This document shows, in pieces, positions 21,408 through 31,069 of a DNA stretch of 64,000 nt (the first letter of the stretch is position 1; every line of letters starts with the position of its first letter). A model generated the notes under the pieces. That model was not told the origin of the DNA and did no database searches. It saw only the letters and a program-made list of their open reading frames with translations. Made by a program: the position numbers and the translations under genes. The stretch comes from a bacterium (lineage in GTDB: Bacteria > Patescibacteriota > Dojkabacteria > SC72), in assembly GCA_021108295.1 (NCBI GenBank), contig JAIORF010000102.1:295963-359962 (forward strand), given 5' to 3'.

Positions 21408-22415
21408 ATGAAAAAGAAGATCTCAATATTCTGTGGTGGACCTTCTTCTGAGTATGAAGTGTCTCTCAATACTGCGAAATCTTTCCTAAAACATATTGAT
21501 AAGGGGAAATATACACCATACATCTTCTATATTTCCAAAGACGGCAAAGCTCTGCTTTTCAAACCAAAGAGTTTTGGAAGTATAGATATACCAGATAACG
21601 GTAAGCTCTATTCTCTTTTCGATGAAATACTCAAGCTCAAAGAGATGCATACCAATATCATTGGATTACATGGTGAATTTGGAGAAGATGGTACATTACA
21701 AAGTATATTACAATTTTTAAAGATTCCTTTTACTGGCTGTGATTCCATATCTTCCGGACTTTGCATGGATAAATATAGATCAAGTTTAGTTGTAGATAAT
21801 GTCCTTGGAGGAAAGAACTTCATAATTCCCAATATCAAGATTTATAAACTAAGGGATTTAATATCTAATTACAAATATACAGAGAGAGTATGTATTAAAC
21901 CAAACGCAAAAGGTTCTAGTGTTGGAGTATGTTTAGTAAAAAGTAAGAAAAATCTCGAAAACATCAAGAAACAACTTTCTGATTCTTTTGATAAAGACGC
22001 CGACTTTGTTGTACAACCTCTTATAGATTACGATATTGAATTAAGTTGTGGTTGTTTAGAGGAAAAAGATGGGGAATTTATAAAATTACCAGCTATAGAG
22101 ATAATTCCTCAGAGTTCGACCTTCTTTGACTACAAAGCCAAGTATACAAAAGGTGGCTCTGTTGAAATTACACCCCCTGAACACATTTCAAAAGAAATAG
22201 CAGATCAAATCTCTCAACTAGCAATAGATATTCATAAGTTACTTGGTTGTAACCTATATTCAAGATCTGATTTCTTGGTGAAGGGAGATACGATTTACTA
22301 TTTAGAAACCAATACTCTACCTGGAATGACTTCTACCTCTTTACTTCCACAGGAAGCTGACGCTATTGGTATTAACTTTACACAACTGATAGATTTCTTA
22401 ATAGAAAACAGTTAA
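21408..22415 (+). CDS. ddl: D-alanine--D-alanine ligase
   Basis: ATP-grasp fold; C-terminal SRSDFLV...YYLETNTLPGMT. Confidence 0.85.
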   Translation: MKKKISIFCGGPSSEYEVSLNTAKSFLKHIDKGKYTPYIFYISKDGKALLFKPKSFGSIDIPDNGKLYSLFDEILKLKEMHTNIIGLHGEFGEDGTLQSILQFLKIPFTGCDSISSGLCMDKYRSSLVVDNVLGGKNFIIPNIKIYKLRDLISNYKYTERVCIKPNAKGSSVGVCLVKSKKNLENIKKQLSDSFDKDADFVVQPLIDYDIELSCGCLEEKDGEFIKLPAIEIIPQSSTFFDYKAKYTKGGSVEITPPEHISKEIADQISQLAIDIHKLLGCNLYSRSDFLVKGDTIYYLETNTLPGMTSTSLLPQEADAIGINFTQLIDFLIENS

Positions 22416-22425
22416 AATATCCTAT

Positions 22426-22502
22426 GCGAGAGTAGTTCAGTTGGCTAGAATGTCTGCTTCCCAAGCAGAAGGTCGCGGGTTCGAATCCCGTCTCTCGCTC
22501 CA
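22426..22502 (+). tRNA. tRNA-Gly (anticodon CCC)
   Basis: Same scaffold as the other two tRNA-Gly. Anticodon loop TTCCCAA. CCA is encoded. Confidence 0.85.
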
Positions 22503-22586
22503 ATTAACAACAAATTAACAATTCCACTAAAAGTGTCAAAACACTCTAGAATCCTAACCCCTCATATGTTACAATACTGTTACTTG

Positions 22587-22660
22587 GCTGATGTAGCTCA
22601 GTTGGCTAGAGCATTCCCTTCGTAAGGGAGAGGTCGATGGTTCAACTCCATCCATCAGCT
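22587..22660 (+). tRNA. tRNA-Thr (anticodon CGU)
   Basis: GCTGATG...TTCCC-TTCGTAA-GGGAG...CATCAGC-T. No CCA encoded. Confidence 0.8.
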
Positions 22661-22675
22661 TTGAATATAGAAAAT

Positions 22676-23794
22676 ATGAAAACACCAAAATACACACTAA
22701 CAAACCTAATGCTCAAGTACATACTCAAATATGAACTAGCAATATCAGAACTAAACCACACAGAACTACCAAAAACTCTAAAAAAGCCCCTCATAGAAAA
22801 ACTCTACGCAGAAGAAATAGACAACGTAGCACAACTAGTAGCATACCCAATTGGATACAACAGTGCACTAAAGATATTAAGAGGACAAGAACACACAACA
22901 GGAAGAAGTAAGAAAAAAGTATTTAACAGCTTCAAAAACGCAAGAGATTACATAAGGAAATACAGTGGTACTACAGCACTAAAACCAAGCATGGAACTCG
23001 CCATACACCTAAACAAAATACTCACTAAAGGATGGAACGACGACTGGGATCAAGGAAGACTAAAAGACTTCTCTGAAAAACCAAACGATCTCTACGACAC
23101 CTGGTACACACTAAGAGACTACTACCCAAGTACCAATATGGAGAACCACTTCAATGAACTCTTTAGATGGATAACCAACAGTGAAGACAATACTCACAAA
23201 CTAATACAACTGGCCATACTAATGTACGAATTCATAGAAAAAGCACCCTTCTTTGCAGGCAACCAAATGACGTCTATTCTCGTACTAGAACTACTTACCA
23301 AAGAATATGGATACAACCCCAACATTATACTACCCTTCTCAAAAGCCATTAACTTCATAAGCGAAGACCTTAAATCTGCATTCAAAATATCCAAAGGTAA
23401 AACTGACCTAACTACATTCATAGAAGCCTTCCTCTACACCACATCCCTTACTACAATTGAAACTACAAGAGAATTTAGCGAAATATACAAAACCAAGATA
23501 CTTAAATACCCTAAAATGACAGAAGAATTAAACTCCAGACAAATGAAAATAGTTGACTACCTTACTACAAACAAGAAAGCTTCAAGAAAAGAACTAACAG
23601 ACATGATGGGAGTATCCTTCATGACAGTCTTTAGAGACTTACAAGACCTAATGGAAAAAGATTATGTAGTACAAAAAGGAAGAGGAAGAGGAACACACTA
23701 CCAACTCAAAGAAGACGAAAATATGGGAATAGAGATTCCAGAAGCACAATTACCAGTATTCGGAGAGACACAGAAAGATATTAAAGTATATTAA
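22676..23794 (+). CDS. Fic-family protein with degenerate active-site motif and C-terminal winged-helix domain
   Basis: Start moved to MKTPKYT because the upstream ATG lies inside tRNA-Thr. Fic-helix context LAILMYEFIEKAPFFAGNQMTSILVLELLTKEYGY replaces HPFx(D/E)GNGR. C-terminal wHTH ...ELTDMMGVSFMTVFRDLQDL. Confidence 0.5.
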   Translation: MKTPKYTLTNLMLKYILKYELAISELNHTELPKTLKKPLIEKLYAEEIDNVAQLVAYPIGYNSALKILRGQEHTTGRSKKKVFNSFKNARDYIRKYSGTTALKPSMELAIHLNKILTKGWNDDWDQGRLKDFSEKPNDLYDTWYTLRDYYPSTNMENHFNELFRWITNSEDNTHKLIQLAILMYEFIEKAPFFAGNQMTSILVLELLTKEYGYNPNIILPFSKAINFISEDLKSAFKISKGKTDLTTFIEAFLYTTSLTTIETTREFSEIYKTKILKYPKMTEELNSRQMKIVDYLTTNKKASRKELTDMMGVSFMTVFRDLQDLMEKDYVVQKGRGRGTHYQLKEDENMGIEIPEAQLPVFGETQKDIKVY

Positions 23795-23834
23795 AAATCT
23801 TGTAGAAATATATATTTCTTGCTAATATTCAAAC

Positions 23835-25337
23835 ATGGAAAACAGTAAATACGATGTAATAGTTGGTCTAGAAATACACATTCAGACAAAAACAAACTCA
23901 AAAATGTTCTGTACTTGCCCTACAGGATACTTCCAGAAAGAACCTAACACACACGTATGCCCAGTATGCCTAGGACTACCAGGAGCACTACCAGTACCAA
24001 ACAAACGAGCCCTTGAACTCTGTATACTCATGGGACTTGCTACAAACTGCGACATTGCACCAGAAATACACTTCGACAGGAAACACTACTTCTACCCTGA
24101 CCTACCCAAAGGATATCAAATAAGTCAGTACAAGAAACCAATATGCTCAAATGGACATGTAGAACTCTCTAATTCTACTGTAGAGATAGAAAGGATACAC
24201 CAAGAAGAAGACGTTGCTAAATCAACACACCACATTGAAACTGATACAAATAAAGAATACTCCCTAATTGACTACAACAAATCAGGAGTACCACTAATTG
24301 AGATTGTAACCAAACCATGTATCCGATCTGGAGAACAAGCAAAAGAATACGCTACAAGAATTAGACAAATAGCTAGATACCTAAACATCTCTGATGCCGA
24401 TATGGAAAAAGGTCAAATGAGATGCGAACCAAACATCTCCGTACAGAAAAAAGGTATGTGGGAACAAAAGGGGGAAGAAATAGTTCCAATAGGCAAGTAC
24501 AAACTCAATGCAAAGATAGAAATTAAAAATATAGGATCCATTACAGCCGTAGAAAAATCTATAAACTATGAAGTAAACCGACTAATTGAAGCGTTAGAAA
24601 CTAATAAAGAAATCATACAACAAACTAGAGGTTGGAACGCAAACAAAAACATGACAGAATTCCAGAGAAGCAAAGAAACTTCAGACGACTACAGATATAT
24701 GGCAGAACCAGATATCCCCATTATCGAAACCTCAAAAGAAAATATAGAGGAAATCTCTTCTGAGATAGTAGAATTACCACACGAAAGAATTAACAGATAC
24801 ATGAATAAACATATGCTCTCTGAATATGATGCAAATGTACTCAGTACAGACAGAGATGTTGCAATATTCTACGACAACCTCTTCATTGGACTCGACAAAC
24901 ACCTTAAGGATACTCCAACTAGCGCAAAACTAGCCTCGAACTGTATTACAGGTACCCTCTTCGCTTGGTTAAACGAAAAAGACATATCAATATCCAAAGC
25001 GAACCTTGATATTGCTGACCTAGTACAATGGAATCTAGCATTACATAGTAAAGAGATTACTAAGAATAAAGCGGAAGAATTACTGAAAGAATCTTTAAAC
25101 AATAACAAAAACCTAAGTGATTTACTCGACAACTTTAGAAAACAATCCGAGAAGAGTGCAGGAAACCTTACAGACATCGTCAAGGATGTAATATCTCAGA
25201 ATGAAAAGGCTGTAAAAGACTTTAAAGATGGAAACAATGCCTCTGTAGGATTCTTAATAGGACAGGTTATGCAAAAAACTCAGGGTAGTGCAGACCCAAA
25301 TGAAGCTAGATCAATTTTGATGAAGGAATTAGAATGA
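23835..25337 (+). CDS. gatB: Asp-tRNA(Asn)/Glu-tRNA(Gln) amidotransferase subunit B
   Basis: N-terminal VIVGLEIHIQTKTNSKMFCTCPT and overall GatB layout. Confidence 0.9.
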   Translation: MENSKYDVIVGLEIHIQTKTNSKMFCTCPTGYFQKEPNTHVCPVCLGLPGALPVPNKRALELCILMGLATNCDIAPEIHFDRKHYFYPDLPKGYQISQYKKPICSNGHVELSNSTVEIERIHQEEDVAKSTHHIETDTNKEYSLIDYNKSGVPLIEIVTKPCIRSGEQAKEYATRIRQIARYLNISDADMEKGQMRCEPNISVQKKGMWEQKGEEIVPIGKYKLNAKIEIKNIGSITAVEKSINYEVNRLIEALETNKEIIQQTRGWNANKNMTEFQRSKETSDDYRYMAEPDIPIIETSKENIEEISSEIVELPHERINRYMNKHMLSEYDANVLSTDRDVAIFYDNLFIGLDKHLKDTPTSAKLASNCITGTLFAWLNEKDISISKANLDIADLVQWNLALHSKEITKNKAEELLKESLNNNKNLSDLLDNFRKQSEKSAGNLTDIVKDVISQNEKAVKDFKDGNNASVGFLIGQVMQKTQGSADPNEARSILMKELE

Positions 25338-25636
25338 AAATAAACACCACCTTTCTAAAACATATAGCAAAACTCTCAAGAATCAAACTTAGTAAAAAAG
25401 AACTAGAGAAATTTACTCCACAGATGAAAACTATTCTAGAATCAGTAGATGTACTCCAAGAAGTAGACACTACAGGTATAAAACCTATGAAAAAACGACT
25501 ACCTTTCTCACAATTGAGAGAAGATATTGCAAAAGAATCTCTTACTCAAGAAAAAGTTCTAACAAATGCCAACCATACTGAAATGGGTCTAGTGAAAGTA
25601 TATGGGAAAATCTTTGATGGCATAGAAAAATCATAA
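25334..25636 (+). CDS. gatC: Asp-tRNA(Asn)/Glu-tRNA(Gln) amidotransferase subunit C
   Basis: 100 aa, 4-nt overlap with gatB, GatC-like sequence. Confidence 0.75.
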   Translation: MKINTTFLKHIAKLSRIKLSKKELEKFTPQMKTILESVDVLQEVDTTGIKPMKKRLPFSQLREDIAKESLTQEKVLTNANHTEMGLVKVYGKIFDGIEKS

Positions 25637-25670
25637 CCCTTTAATATTTCCTTAATCTCTAGTAGAATAT

Positions 25671-25758
25671 CACATTCCATGCCGAAGTGGTGGAATTGGC
25701 AGACACGCATGCCTTAGGAGCATGTAGGGGAATACCCTGTGCAGGTTCAACTCCTGTC
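25671..25758 (+). tRNA. tRNA-Leu (anticodon UAG)
   Basis: Long variable arm. Anticodon loop CTTAGGA. CCA encoded. Confidence 0.85.
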
Positions 25759-25790
25759 TTCGGCACCAATATATATTTAATAAAAAAATA

Positions 25791-26021
25791 ATGCTTAAAA
25801 TAATAGCAAAGCCCTTCCAAGAGGTCCTTCTACAAAGGAAACTTTGTGTTGGTTGTACATACCCCCTAGACAAGGCAAATAGAGTTGGAATATTAACAGA
25901 GAATAGTGATTTGGTAGAATGTAAGTGTAAACGTAGGTATGTCTTTGATAGAAAGCTCGGTCAATATAGAAGAGCTTCTCTACAAGAGGAACAGCAGTAT
26001 CTAAAAAGGTTGAAAAAGTAG
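25791..26021 (+). CDS. small basic Cys-containing (zinc-ribbon-like) protein
   Basis: CVGC...CKC arrangement and Lys/Arg-rich tail. Lies between tRNA-Leu and tRNA-Glu. Confidence 0.3.
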   Translation: MLKIIAKPFQEVLLQRKLCVGCTYPLDKANRVGILTENSDLVECKCKRRYVFDRKLGQYRRASLQEEQQYLKRLKK

Positions 26022-26049
26022 TAGTAAATATAGTAAAATGCAGAGGTAT

Positions 26050-26125
26050 GCCGCTATCGTCTAGTGGTTCAGGACAACAGGTTTTCATCCTGTAAACCGG
26101 GGTTCGATTCCCCGTAGCGGTACCA
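26050..26125 (+). tRNA. tRNA-Glu (anticodon UUC)
   Basis: GCCGCTA...ACAGG-TTTTCAT-CCTGT...TAGCGGT-A-CCA. Confidence 0.85.
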
Positions 26126-26193
26126 AAGTTAAAAAGTTTTTCATACTATCCCATTCATGCTACAATATCATCATTAACATTAATTGCCCAAAC

Positions 26194-26805
26194 ATGTACG
26201 AAGTATCGAAAAAGGATCCTAAAACCGGAACAGAAGAAACAATAAGTATACTAGGATCAATCGGAAGCTTCATTTACTCCTTTGTAGAAACAGTCGTAAT
26301 TGCACTCGTCATCGCAGTAGTCCTCTACCTCTTCATCATGACCCCACACGAAGTATTAGGAAACTCCATGCATCCTACATACCAAAACGGAGAATATCTA
26401 ATGGCAAATAAAGTACAATATCGATTCTCCGACCCACAAAGAGGAGATGTCATAATATTTAAATACTCTGACACACAAGACTTCATAAAACGAATCATCG
26501 GAATACCTGGAGACAGCGTTTCCATCAAAGATGGCAAAATATATATAAACGGAGACCAATTAAACGAAAGCCCCTACTTAGCCGACACTGTCTACACCAG
26601 TGGTGGAGAATACATTACAGAAGGACAAACCATTGCAGTTGGAGAAGGAGAATACTTCGTATGCGGAGATAATAGACCACACAGTTCTGACTCAAGAACA
26701 TTTGGACCAATAACCCAAGATAGGATCAAAGGGAAAGCATGGATAGTTTACTTACCACTCTCAGAGTTTAGGATAGTCACGCACCAAGAGTACAAAAACC
26801 TCTAG
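26194..26805 (+). CDS. lepB: signal peptidase I
   Basis: GNSMHPT (Ser nucleophile), KRIIGIPGD, GDNRPHSSDSR. Confidence 0.85.
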   Translation: MYEVSKKDPKTGTEETISILGSIGSFIYSFVETVVIALVIAVVLYLFIMTPHEVLGNSMHPTYQNGEYLMANKVQYRFSDPQRGDVIIFKYSDTQDFIKRIIGIPGDSVSIKDGKIYINGDQLNESPYLADTVYTSGGEYITEGQTIAVGEGEYFVCGDNRPHSSDSRTFGPITQDRIKGKAWIVYLPLSEFRIVTHQEYKNL

Positions 26806-26837
26806 ACACTGTCTGTGAAACATGATAGATTTGAACA

Positions 26838-27626
26838 ATGAGAATATTCGTAATAGCTAATCAAAAAGGTGGAGTTGGAAAGACTACAACAGTACTTAAT
26901 CTTGGTGCAAGTCTTGCAGACAAGGGGAAGAAAGTACTCGTCATAGACCTTGATCCACAGGCAAATCTCTCCTCTGGACTCGGCTTTACAAGACAATTTG
27001 ACAAGAAAAGCTGGAACAATACTGAAGAGGTCCCATACAAGAGCATCTATGATGTCCTCATCAACCAAACACCCATATCAAAAGTCTTTGTAACCACAAA
27101 CAATCCCAACCTCTTTTTAGTACCCTCACACCTCTCTTTGGCAGGTGCTGAAATAGAAATGGTCAATATATTGGCTAGAGAAACACTTCTCAAAAATGCT
27201 CTCTCAGAATTCAAAGAAGATATCGACTATGTCCTAATTGATTGCCCTCCATCACTTGGCTTACTCACAATTAACGCCCTTACTGCTGCAGACGATCTCA
27301 TCATCCCTATACAGTGCGAATACTTCGCATTAGAAGGGCTAGGACAGCTAATAGAGACTACAAAACTTATTAAAGGTATCAACCCTACACTCACCATAGG
27401 TGGAGTCATTCTAACCATGTTTGATAGCAGAACAAGACTCTCTACAAACGTTGTGGAAGATGTAAGGAAATATTTTAATGAGAAAGCTTTTAAAACTGTA
27501 GTACCTCGTAATGTAAGACTCTCAGAAGCCCCATCCTTTGGACAAACAATATTTGAATATGACGACACTTCTACAGGAGCACAAGCATACAAAGATTTAG
27601 CTAAAGAGTTTATAAAACGTTTTTGA
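26838..27626 (+). CDS. parA: ParA/Soj partition ATPase
   Basis: Deviant Walker A NQKGGVGKTTT. Confidence 0.9.
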   Translation: MRIFVIANQKGGVGKTTTVLNLGASLADKGKKVLVIDLDPQANLSSGLGFTRQFDKKSWNNTEEVPYKSIYDVLINQTPISKVFVTTNNPNLFLVPSHLSLAGAEIEMVNILARETLLKNALSEFKEDIDYVLIDCPPSLGLLTINALTAADDLIIPIQCEYFALEGLGQLIETTKLIKGINPTLTIGGVILTMFDSRTRLSTNVVEDVRKYFNEKAFKTVVPRNVRLSEAPSFGQTIFEYDDTSTGAQAYKDLAKEFIKRF

Positions 27627-27648
27627 ATAATTTTTTAATATAAAACTA

Positions 27649-28524
27649 ATGGCAGAAAAAACAAGAAGACTAGGAAAGGGACTCTCTGCACTAATTGATA
27701 CCAGTACTCCAACTGGGAAGATGGCAAGACAATATGTGGAAGACTTTAGTGTAGATAGAATCGTTCCTAACCCATACCAACCAAGAATGTTCGTAGATCC
27801 CAAAAAACTTATTGGTCTTGCAGACTCAATAAGGGAACATGGTGTAATACAACCCCTAATCATTACAAAAGACAAGAATTCAGACAACTACATTATCGTA
27901 GCAGGAGAAAGAAGATTTAGAGCCGTAAAACTCGCAGGATTTAATACACTACCAGTTGTAATAAAGGAGACAACTCCACTTGAGATGATTGAGTTAGCCC
28001 TTATTGAAAATATTCAAAGAGAAGACCTAAATCCACTTGAAGAATCATACTCATTCAAACAGCTTAACCAAGAATTTGGATTAACACAGGTCCAAATTGC
28101 AAAGAAAGTCGGACTAAATAGAGTAACCGTTGCAAACAAGATGAGATTGGACAAATTACCTGACAAGATAAAAGAGTTGATTCTAAACGAATCTCTCTCA
28201 GAGGGACACGCTAGAGCTCTTCTTAGTATCAGAGATGAGACTTCAATAGTAGCTGCAGCAGACATCATCATCAAGAGAGGACTCAGTGTTCGACAGACAG
28301 AAGCTCTTGTACGAAAAATGATGTTTGGTAAATCAGATGCAAGAAGAATATGGAAGAGTGTAGATGATCACACCAAGACATGTGAAGAAAGTATTGCAAA
28401 ACGATTAGGATTTAATGTTCACGTTGCAAAAATGAGTAAAGGTGGAAAGATAACAATCAGATACAAATCTATGGATGAACTTAATAAGATTGTAGACAAA
28501 TTTAAAGCTATTCCTTTAAAGTAA
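27649..28524 (+). CDS. parB: ParB/Spo0J partition protein
   Basis: LGKGLSALI, IVPNPYQPR, GERRFRA motifs. Confidence 0.9.
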   Translation: MAEKTRRLGKGLSALIDTSTPTGKMARQYVEDFSVDRIVPNPYQPRMFVDPKKLIGLADSIREHGVIQPLIITKDKNSDNYIIVAGERRFRAVKLAGFNTLPVVIKETTPLEMIELALIENIQREDLNPLEESYSFKQLNQEFGLTQVQIAKKVGLNRVTVANKMRLDKLPDKIKELILNESLSEGHARALLSIRDETSIVAAADIIIKRGLSVRQTEALVRKMMFGKSDARRIWKSVDDHTKTCEESIAKRLGFNVHVAKMSKGGKITIRYKSMDELNKIVDKFKAIPLK

Positions 28525-29260
28525 CTTCTTGTCTAAGCTTCTCATACATTAAAATAGCAGCACTTACACTCACATTCAAAGAACCTATACCCTCATTCAT
28601 AGGTATAGACACCCTCATATCAGATCTTTCCAATAAGCCAGTAGATATACCAACATCCTCAGCACCCAAGATCAAAGCTATTGGCCCTTTCAACTTCTCA
28701 CGAAAATAGGGTTGACCATCCATATCAATTGAACATATCTTTATATCCTCTTCCTTTAACTTCTTAACTGCCTCAAACAGATTCATTTCAACAAGAGGTA
28801 TACGCTCTGCGGCTCCCATAGAAATCTTAATGGTTTCATCAGTCACAAACGCCTTCTGAGATGGAGGAATAATCATACCATTTACACCAACAGCAAAAGC
28901 CGTACGCATAATAGCAGCAACATTCTGAGTATATTTAATACCATCCATAATTAGAAAAAAAGGAATCTTCTCATTCTCATATATCTGATCTAGTAAATCA
29001 CTTAAGTCCCAACTATTCTGAGAAATCATAATACCTACTACACTCTCTGAATGTGCAGTCCTAGTCTTTCTATCTAACATCTTTCTTGGAACCTTGATTA
29101 CAGGAATACGCAAATTTCCTGCGAGTTTAGCAATCTCTCTAGTCTTTTGATCTTTGTAAGCATTGGAAGCAATATATATACGCTCAAAATCCTTACCTGA
29201 GCGTAAAAGCTCAAGCAAAGCATTCTTACTCTCTATCTGAACAGTATTAGGACTACTCAT
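28508..29260 (-). CDS. TrmH/SpoU-family RNA 2'-O-methyltransferase (RlmB-like)
   Basis: SpoU methylase fold motifs. N-terminal substrate-binding region. Confidence 0.7.
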   Translation of the reverse strand: MSSPNTVQIESKNALLELLRSGKDFERIYIASNAYKDQKTREIAKLAGNLRIPVIKVPRKMLDRKTRTAHSESVVGIMISQNSWDLSDLLDQIYENEKIPFFLIMDGIKYTQNVAAIMRTAFAVGVNGMIIPPSQKAFVTDETIKISMGAAERIPLVEMNLFEAVKKLKEEDIKICSIDMDGQPYFREKLKGPIALILGAEDVGISTGLLERSDMRVSIPMNEGIGSLNVSVSAAILMYEKLRQEVTLKE

Positions 29261-29261
29261 A

Positions 29262-29528
29262 CTACTTAGATTCTACTACATCTATATAGAATTTACCTCT
29301 TTTGAATCCACTCATCTTTCTAAACTGTACTCTTCCATCAGTTTTAGCATGAATAGAGAAATCTTTTGAAAGGTATGTATTTCTACCAGGGTGAAAGACT
29401 GTACCTCTTTGTTTAACAAGGATATTCCCTGCCTTTACAACCTCGTCCGCATACTTTTTTACTCCAAGTCTCTTACCAGCAATATTGCCTGATACACTGA
29501 CTGAACCTCCTCCTGCAACTTTTGACAT
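29262..29528 (-). CDS. rpmA: 50S ribosomal protein L27
   Basis: GGGS...GKRLGVK...GNILVKQRGT.FHPG...KTDGRVQF. No N-terminal pro-extension. Confidence 0.9.
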   Translation of the reverse strand: MSKVAGGGSVSVSGNIAGKRLGVKKYADEVVKAGNILVKQRGTVFHPGRNTYLSKDFSIHAKTDGRVQFRKMSGFKRGKFYIDVVESK

Positions 29529-29549
29529 ATTTCTTAATTTACAATTAAA

Positions 29550-30713
29550 CTAGTTTCTATCTAATATGAAAATATTTCTGCAAATAATACTATTATTTCG
29601 CTCCCATTTCAAGTCCTCCCGACTATAACTCTTATTTAACACCTTCCATCTTTTACTAAATACCTCGTTAATTCCAAAGGTTTTCCACCCAGTAGCTGTC
29701 TTGTATGAAGGAATTATAGCAATCATTTTAATGTGTCTCTTACCAGTTTCTTCTAAGACAAATATTAAGGATTTATACAAAGATTTAACATCATCTAGCA
29801 AAACTTTAGCTTGAGATTCTGACACAAGCTTTGTCTGTGGTGGTCCCATATATGGTTCAAACACTACTGCGTCTAGTTCGGTATGTTTAAGTTTCCTCAA
29901 GACATCTCCTCTTGGCCTTTTAACATTAAACTCAAAGGTCTCATACAAGATATCTGAAATAAATCCACTTTCTGAAAGCCATACAATATTTTCATCCGTT
30001 GCTTTTACTGCCTCTATATCTGAATCTGAAGCTAGCACATTGTATCCAAGCATACAGGCTTCCATAGGTATAGTGCCTGACCCACAAAACGGATCCCAAA
30101 TCGTACCCTCTTTTATACCTGTTAGATTACACATAATTCTGGCTAACTTAGGAGGCAACATTCCCATCTTAGTATTTGCACTTGGTTTGTTGTAATCCCT
30201 GTAAGAGAAGCCGTCGATATCTTGTATAGCTAGTGTTCGGCCGTATAGTTGTTCATTACTGTTTTCTATTACACATAATTCAAACCCTTTCTCTATGATA
30301 GAGTTCTTTGTAACCTGTGCTGCATTTAATTCTGTCTTCTTAGGGAGTATAAATCTTGAACCAATATCTTTTGCTTTAAAGTGTTTCTTTATCTGGCTAG
30401 CCAAACTACTGAACTTGTCAGTATCAAATCTCTTTTCCCCAATATAAGACAGTCCAAATATTACTTTTCCAGAATATTCGTCTTCTAAGAAATCCTCTAA
30501 GTTCTGTACCATCTTTCCTACCCTAATGAAGCCTCCTAGCCTATTAAAGATTCTTATAGCTAAATTATCATTTAACTCTTTACTGTCTACTAGCAATATC
30601 TTCTCTGAGAAGTTTTTTATAGAATCTTTATTAAGACCAAAGCCTTCAAACACAATACTAAGTTCAGCTTGAGACAAGCCCTTGAAATTTCCTAATTGAA
30701 AAAAATATTGCAT
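29550..30713 (-). CDS. THUMP/Trm11-like class I RNA methyltransferase (COG1041/COG0116-like)
   Basis: MGMLPPKLARIMCNL...WDPFCGSGTIPMEA...LASDSD SAM-binding motifs. Confidence 0.6.
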   Translation of the reverse strand: MQYFFQLGNFKGLSQAELSIVFEGFGLNKDSIKNFSEKILLVDSKELNDNLAIRIFNRLGGFIRVGKMVQNLEDFLEDEYSGKVIFGLSYIGEKRFDTDKFSSLASQIKKHFKAKDIGSRFILPKKTELNAAQVTKNSIIEKGFELCVIENSNEQLYGRTLAIQDIDGFSYRDYNKPSANTKMGMLPPKLARIMCNLTGIKEGTIWDPFCGSGTIPMEACMLGYNVLASDSDIEAVKATDENIVWLSESGFISDILYETFEFNVKRPRGDVLRKLKHTELDAVVFEPYMGPPQTKLVSESQAKVLLDDVKSLYKSLIFVLEETGKRHIKMIAIIPSYKTATGWKTFGINEVFSKRWKVLNKSYSREDLKWERNNSIICRNIFILDRN

Positions 30714-31052
30714 CTAGCTAATCTTTTTAACCAAAACTCTTGTAATCTGAGGTCTATGGCCATAGGTTCTCCTATATCTAGATTTCGCTTTGTACTTGAA
30801 AACCTTAATCTTCTCCCCTTTCTTTTGGGAGGTAATCTCTAGTGTCACTTTTGCACCCTCTACGTTTGGAGTTCCAATTTTCACATCTTTTCCATCTACT
30901 ACTAGAAGTACATCCGTAACAACAATCTTATCCCCCTTATCTCCTTTCAACTTTCTAACCTCATACTGGTTACCTTCTTGGAGCTTAATCTGGGTTCCTG
31001 CAAGCTTAATTACTGCGAATTTCTCATTCTTCTTATCTTTTTTGTCTGCCAT
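30714..31052 (-). CDS. rplU: 50S ribosomal protein L21
   Basis: FAVIKLAGTQIKLQEG...YKAKSRYRRTYGHRPQITRVLV. Confidence 0.9.
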   Translation of the reverse strand: MADKKDKKNEKFAVIKLAGTQIKLQEGNQYEVRKLKGDKGDKIVVTDVLLVVDGKDVKIGTPNVEGAKVTLEITSQKKGEKIKVFKYKAKSRYRRTYGHRPQITRVLVKKIS

Positions 31053-31069
31053 ATTCCTACATTTCTAAT

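Noticed and set aside
25670-25873. 67-aa minus-strand ORF
   Set aside because: Overlaps tRNA-Leu completely. Spurious.
26838-28524. parS site (TGTTTCACGTGAAACA) near parAB
   Set aside because: No 16-bp parS-like palindrome could be found by eye in or around parAB within this window.
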